In this document: one piece after another, positions 49,851 through 55,679 of the stretch
Position numbering within the stretch: position 1 is the first letter of the stretch
How the letters are laid out: every line of letters starts with the position of its first letter
Assembly: GCA_000934665.2 (NCBI GenBank)
Contig: KZ538152.1
Location: 62,001 to 117,679 of the forward strand
Direction of reading: 5' to 3'
DNA from: Catajapyx aquilonaris
Lineage: Eukaryota
Length of the DNA: 55,679 bases
The notes under the pieces: generated by a model
What the model was told of the DNA's origin: nothing
Database searches by the model: none
The model's input: only the letters and a program-made list of their open reading frames with translations
Translations under genes and position numbers: made by a program

Positions 49851-51460
49851 CATCACTTCCTTCTGAGAATATTTGGGCCTATAATGATTGAATCCCGGGA
49901 AAAGGGGAGCAGTGATCCGAATTTAGCCCTAGTGAGTCGGCGGCTTGGGCCAAGTCGAGCACATATAGAGCGAAAACGGCATTGGCTAAAATAAGAGATG
50001 GAGGATCGTGCAAACAGCGAGAGATGAGTATGTGAAGTGGAAGGGGATGGGGATGGGGATGAGACTGGTTGGGGGGTGGTGGTTGGTTATTTTCGGGGGG
50101 ACTTACTTGCTTATCCCTTCCGCCCAGATGATGCGGCTATATTTGCCCGCTCTTTCCCAGCCATACATGCCATTTATCCCCTTTTTCGGGCCTCCGCCCC
50201 AGATGCTCCATAGGCCACCACACGCCCTGTTTTACCCTAGCCCCATCCCGCCCTCCTCACTTCCATTTCGGCCTCAACCCGACCCTTTGCATTTGCCGGC
50301 CGCATTTGACCCTTGCTGCCATCTGCAACTCAATTTAGGTACTCATAGTGCGTACTGTTTGGCTCAAGAGGGCAGTACGGACTGTTCATAGTTTCACCCT
50401 GGTTTCACCAATATTACGGGGCGTAGTCTTTAAAATAGGTACAATTTGTTCATAAAATGTAGGCGGCATCCTTTGTGTGCAGTACGTCAGATATTAAATT
50501 AAAGCCTACCTCCGACATGATTATTTGAAATAATAACCCTGGAGATACAGAGCGGACCTTCTCCTTGATATTTCAGCGACTTAAGTACAGAGAGTGTCAG
50601 TTGGAATATTTGGATAAGTCAATTGGAGCCGTACCTTCCAGCTAGAATTTTTACAAGTATTAATTAAACCCATCCTTGATCTGCCTATCTCTCGCGTTAA
50701 TGTCTCCCTGGAAGCGAAACCAGGCTGGCGAAGAAAAAAAATCAGAAGAAAAATTGCGCCTAATGACTGCAGGAGTGGAAGAGTCCCAGCTGACAATTAG
50801 TTATTAGATAATATGGAGGGGGAGTAATTATGAGGAGAATTGAAAGGCAGCCTGGGCTAGTTTGAATGACAAGAGAGTGAGGCTGGGATTGCCCCGCCCT
50901 GCTGACGCCTTCCTGCATGGCCATGATCTTAGTTGTGGCGGCAACGCGCGCACACTTCCACCATTGTAGTCGGAGATTTATGCTAATGGCATGATTTATA
51001 TACAAGGGCCAAAGTGAAGCCTGTTTCAGTAGATGGCGGAGGGAGGACGTCAACGCCCGGATAAACCCACCAGCCAAGCGACTCTTGCGGTTCGACTGGT
51101 GCTACAGAGAGGGAAATGGGCTTGCACTTGGCCGGAATTGAGGTGCTAACTGGTCGGGGTTCCATGCGGACCTTGGAATTTTCTTCGTGAATGAAAGCTC
51201 TTGTTGTGACGGTCGGTGACAAGGGGCTTCTGTACTGCCGCCTTTGCTTTGCAATATGTGGCGATCATTTGAATTATTGTATATCGAAGTGGGCAATGGA
51301 TTGATGAAAGTAATAGTAAGATGAGGGTCAAATAGGCATCTTGAATATAATCTTAATAAAGAAACAAACAATAACGAGTATGAAGCGAGATGAAGAGAGC
51401 TACTCGCTATACCGATCTAAACATTTTCCACAATTTCACCTGTAATTTCTTCGTTATCAG

Positions 51461-51770
51461 GAAGCATCGTCGCCGAAGTCGGAATGCGGCAGCGACGGGC
51501 CTTGTAATGAGACTCCTGGACCTGCGGACGAAGGTCATGGGTCAGGTCACCATCTAAATGGTATGGGACTGAGCTTCACTCCGTCATCGGGATCGTCCTC
51601 TCCGGGCACCCCTACCCCATCTCCGGGTGCAAATATTAGCCAACAACAGCACTTATCCTTATTAAGTCTGTCGCCTTTGTCAAGCACTTCCACAACCACG
51701 ACATCCAATGCATTTCCATCAAACTCAGGCAGAAATAGACAAGCTGGGTTTGCCACCATTTTGGTGCCAG
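51461..51770 (+). CDS. SRF: SRF long-isoform exon (phase 0 to 1), Ser/Thr/Pro-rich
   Basis: Acceptor tttcttcgttatcAG (51459-51460). Open frame EASSPKSECGSDGPCNETPGP...MGLSFTPSSGSSSPGTPTPSP...FATILVP in phase 0, matching the 5588 donor. Donor CAG|GTACGT at 51770/51771. Linkage to SRF is inferred from phase and strand. Confidence 0.75.
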
Positions 51771-51841
51771 GTACGTAAATTCTTTAATTAATTGCATTGA
51801 ATTGGGGGCCTGATATATGAATTGCTATTGTTTTGTTTCAG

Positions 51842-51922
51842 GTATGCCAAACTCGTCGTCTGAGTCATCCGCAACTGCCACCGTACCTCTTTCAGTAGTG
51901 CCAACTACCCAGTCATTATCAG
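51842..51922 (+). CDS. SRF: SRF long-isoform 81-nt symmetric exon (phase 1/1)
   Basis: 71-nt intron ending ttttgtttcAG. Reads (G)MPNSSSESSATATVPLSVVPTTQSLS. Donor CAG|GTAGGA. Confidence 0.72.
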
Positions 51923-52553
51923 GTAGGAATCTCCGATTAGTTGGCACTGGGAGGTATGGGCTTATATCGGGCATGTAAGGGAATTGAACATGCCTCGCGG
52001 TCGCGGGTTAACTGTATAGGACCGATTGTGTGTTACAAATTACAGTACGAGAGAGTTGTCAATCTAGTCACGACCAATGTGTTACAAAATGAGGGCTTGG
52101 TGCATGAGTGGGACATAATAACAAAAATGAAAATGTACTGTACGCGGAACTGAAAGACACATTGCACAAAATAATTATGCGTGGTGCTCTGACACAAGGT
52201 ACAGTAGATATCACTTTTTTATTAACTCTACTGTTTTTCATTGACATCGGAGTTACTGTATAAATTCGGATATTCCATTCTTGCAGTCTTGCACCGAACA
52301 CTTAAAATTGGCAGCATACGTATCTGCGAACAGAGGTACCACAGATCACCACTGCACAACAAGAGTTGTGGGAATCTACCGGAAATTGATCTAACCGATA
52401 TTTTCCCTTCAACTATTGCGAATTTAAAATTCTTACACTGCAAAAATACAGTCATGTGATTTGACTGTTTCCGAATTTGTCACCAACAGAAGGGACAGTT
52501 TTGTCAGTGATTAAGTCATCGAACATGATGACATAAGGTTTTAATTTTTTCAG

Positions 52554-52679
52554 GAGACATGATCGTGACATCTTCCAGTAGCAGTGCGATTCCAGCGCTG
52601 GTGTACCAAAAGTCTCAAGGAATGATGTACACTACGTCCAAGACGGACGGCCTGATCTTCAATTTACAAGCAGACCAGA
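52554..52679 (+). CDS. SRF: SRF long-isoform 126-nt exon (phase 1/1)
   Basis: Acceptor ttaattttttcAG (52552-52553). Reads (G)DMIVTSSSSSAIPALVYQKSQGMMYTTSKTDGLIFNLQADQ. Donor AGA|GTAAGG. Read-through would give SKGQQPKKEANTTT* (TAA 52721-52723). Confidence 0.72.
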
Positions 52680-52785
52680 GTAAGGGGCAGCAACCCAAGA
52701 AGGAAGCTAACACCACCACCTAACCCATAACTCAATCAAGCATCCTAATCCAATTTGGGGAAACATGACGTGGTGTCTATTCCAG

Positions 52786-52892
52786 GCAGCAGTGCTGTTG
52801 GTGGTTCGTCAGCGTCATCACAACACTTCATCACTATCCCAGTCCCGCTGTCCTCCTTAACTGCCACGGACCTCAGCAAAGGACGCAAGTGA
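52786..52892 (+). CDS. SRF: SRF long-isoform last coding exon
   Basis: Acceptor gtctattccAG (52784-52785). Phase 1 gives SSSAVGGSSASSQHFITIPVPLSSLTATDLSKGRK, TGA at 52890-52892. The five exons sum to 879 nt = 293 codons including the stop. Confidence 0.68.
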
Positions 52893-53725
52893 ACAAGAGT
52901 CGACCCCATCTGACTGACACCACAAGTGCCTTATCATGTGGATTGCATGATCATCTTTGATCTTTTTTCAATACCTTCTCTCTCTATCTCTCTTTTTCTC
53001 TCTCTATTCTCTGTAACACCGTGTGGAGGCCTTTAGCAGAGTAGACTAACTGCTCTTGGTCCAGTTGGGGTTGGGATGGTAAATGACAATATGACGAGGT
53101 TGAAGGACATTTCTTTTATTTGTCTTTACGAAGTCACATGAAGTATTACTTGGCTGCAGATCACTGCACGTGAATTTTGCAGGTTCGAGTTTTGCCAGTT
53201 ACCATTAATCACAACCTCTGCAGATAATTTCTCGTCTTAATTCCCCGTGGACATTTTTTTTCTTCGTTTGTTTGTTTTCCCACCACTTATCTCCGAAAGC
53301 TGCTGCTAAAACTTGTCGGGCAGGTGAAAGTCGAGTCTTAAAAAGACGACACAGATTGTGCCACCTGTTTCGTGCAATAACATATGTGTAGCAGCTACCC
53401 AATGTCAGGTTCGTTATTTCTAATGATGCGGAAAAATTATAAGGGTGGGGGGCGGGCGATGAGTGAATTGAAAAATCGCATTTAGTTCGGAGACAAATTG
53501 CTGTTTGTAGAGATTTTTGATAACCAACCTGTGACTGATATCACCTGAGCAAACAAGGAAAATGGACTTGCTCGTAGCGTTTTGGTGGCATGACAGATTG
53601 AAATGTCACAAATATGTGACGTGTACTCGCATAATAATCCGGACATATTTTGGTATCCACTAACATTAGCATAAATAATGCAGTTTCATTTCGTGACAAT
53701 TAACTTACTGCAAGAACCCAATGTA

Positions 53726-53964
53726 CGAGGGGCGTTATTTAAGTTAATGACATGAAAAATAATCAAGAGACATTTTTGTTAAATAACTAGTTTTATTTGT
53801 CTACATAGGGAAATAAATTACATGGAATATAACGCAAATATTCAAAACAATGAGGAAACTAAGCAAATGGAGGGATTTCAAGATCTGCCCTATGCATGGC
53901 ATCGTCAGATTCTTACATTTGCCACACCTTCAAAGAGAGACCACGAACTTTGTAACGCCCCTCG
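53726..53964 (+). mobile_element. mariner-derived MITE (internally deleted)
   Basis: TA|CGAGGGGCGTTA...TAACGCCCCTCG|TA. Residual GFQDLPYAWHR resembles the mariner C-terminal G.Q.LP.RW motif. Confidence 0.8.
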
Positions 53965-55149
53965 TATACTGAGAAATAATGAGAACCAGAAAATATCGAA
54001 ATCGTGATAACGAATTTTTTGTGTATCTTAGGCTTACTGTATTTGTTTAGCTCTGACTCGTAGAAATAACATTTCAGGAGCAGTTGAATTGCTGTAGCCA
54101 CAATTGGAGATGAAATTTCAGTCACAAAAAGTAAAAATCATCATGGACATATGATGCCACGCATAATATTTAAATCAAGACTGGAAAGATGCGCGAAAAC
54201 ATAACCCTAATGCTTTAAAAGAATTAATTTAGTTAGAGGCACACTCTTGTGTGTGTAAAGTCATAACTGCTAGCAGTGGGCTCCGGAAGGACATTCTGAA
54301 CCGAACATAACTAATGGATAGTAAGATATATATTGCGTTCGTAAAATATACCTTGTCGCTCTCCAGCCTCGAGGCAAAACTTGACTTGCGGTACCTTTTC
54401 TTTTTAAATTTATAGTAACTCGTGCGGTGTATTTCCTAACTCATGTTTGGTTCGAAATGTGTTTTCAGGGAGCCGCTAGCAATGTCTCCGACAACAACTA
54501 CATGAAAATAATAAAAAAAACAGCAGAACCTCTTGTGCATTTGTACATATTTGTATGAGTGATGAACTTTCCGCCATGGGAGTTATGGAGTGAGTTTGGT
54601 TGTGCAAAAAGCTTTTCCACGGACAAGTAAATGAACTATGACTACATTAACCGTGTTTTCATTTATATGTTGTCTTTTTCCAGCCTTTTCTTGTAAGTTA
54701 ATGAGGTATGACGTATAAGTCAGGGGCGCCAATCCTATCCCATTTTCGTTGCGTCTGAAAGGGGNGGGTGTCAGACTCTTGAATGCTCTTGTGTGGATGG
54801 ATTAAAAGAGAAAAGGGGCAGAAAGAGAGGAATCGATGCGAAAAGGTTGGGTGAGTTGGTGATCATCGCGGTTCGCAATACTTCTTTCCCAAAATGTTCG
54901 GCATTCCTGGAGCAACTCTATCGGATGGTGGTGGTCGTATTGGTCATGTGACTGCATCAGTAGGCAACTCCAATCATGACCCAGAGAAACTGTCCTGCCA
55001 AACGATGGAGGGAGCCCTCAAGTTACGATCTAGAACACCCTGGGAGAAATGGTGATCCCCGAGGACATATACTGGTACATAAAATGTATTCCCAAGGGTG
55101 TACTCACTCTCCTACGGGTAAGTGCACATCTTCATACTGGCACATATGT

Positions 55150-55670
55150 ACTGTGTGGGGTGTCTAAAAATTTCGGTGAATGTTACTTGTACAATAAAAG
55201 CAACAAAACAAAAGGTACATAAAAATTACCTTTATCAGTCTTCAAAGTGCTCTCCATCAGACACAACACATTTTAAATCGTTCGTAAAGCTTCTGAGGAC
55301 AGTTATACAAATCAATCATTGGACACTCCCCCCTTTCCAGATCCGCTGTCACATCCGGGCCTGAATGGCCCCAAAGCGTGATCCCTTCATCATGCGATGA
55401 AACAACAAAAAAAGTCTACAGGATAAAGGTTGGGAGAGTACAGCATTGGGTGATCCCTAACAGTGATACCACGCTGAACTTTAAAGGATTCATGAAGGGA
55501 TCACGTTTTGTGGACGTCATGGAGGTTCAGGCCCATGTGACAATAAATCTGGAGGGGGTCCACAGATAAATTTTTCTCACTAATTTCAGAAGCTTTACGG
55601 GCGTTTTCAAAAGTGTGTTGTGTCTGCTGGAGATCACTTTGAAGGCCAATAAAGGTAATTCCTATGTACC
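55150..55670. mobile_element. Second fold-back mariner element (different family; right end truncated or beyond the window)
   Basis: Inverted arms 55214-55390 versus 55492-55670. Minus strand gives GITVRDHPMLYSPNLYPVDFF and CPQKLYERFKMC/VSDGEHFED**. Plus strand gives MKGSRFVDVMEVQAHVT and FQKLYGRFQKCVVSAGDHFEGQ*. TIR-like ggggtgtctaaaaatttcggtgaa at ~55157. Confidence 0.85.
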
Positions 55671-55679
55671 CCCGCGAGC

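Larger units (their letters stand above)
5589..51460 (+). other. ~45.9-kb intron of the SRF long isoform
   Basis: GT..AG boundaries join two phase-0 exon ends. The interval contains repeats and no recognisable host coding exon. Confidence 0.7.

Overview
AT-rich eukaryotic DNA, most likely from an insect or other arthropod. It holds most of a Serum Response Factor (SRF, Drosophila blistered-type) gene on the + strand. The exon encoding the second half of the MADS box is at 5334-5588; the first coding exon must lie upstream of the window. From there the frame either reads through a weak donor into an 87-codon His/Pro-rich tail (stop 5850-5852), or splices across a ~45.9-kb intron to four phase-compatible Ser/Thr/Pro-rich exons (51461-51770, 51842-51922, 52554-52679, 52786-52892). 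The giant intron and 3' flank carry tRNA-derived SINEs (one with a V-SINE-like domain), Tc1/mariner-, pogo- and PIF/Harbinger-type MITEs, several nested insertions, two independent fold-back elements built from duplicated mariner 3' ends, isolated hairpins, microsatellites and GC-rich enhancer-like islands (CArG boxes, tandem YY1/Pho sites, CRE+CCAAT). I see no prokaryote-type system (no CRISPR, operons or rRNA). Nearly all other ORFs in the track look spurious. The best leads are the SRF isoform-switch architecture and the mariner fold-backs. All analysis was by eye; no database searches were run.
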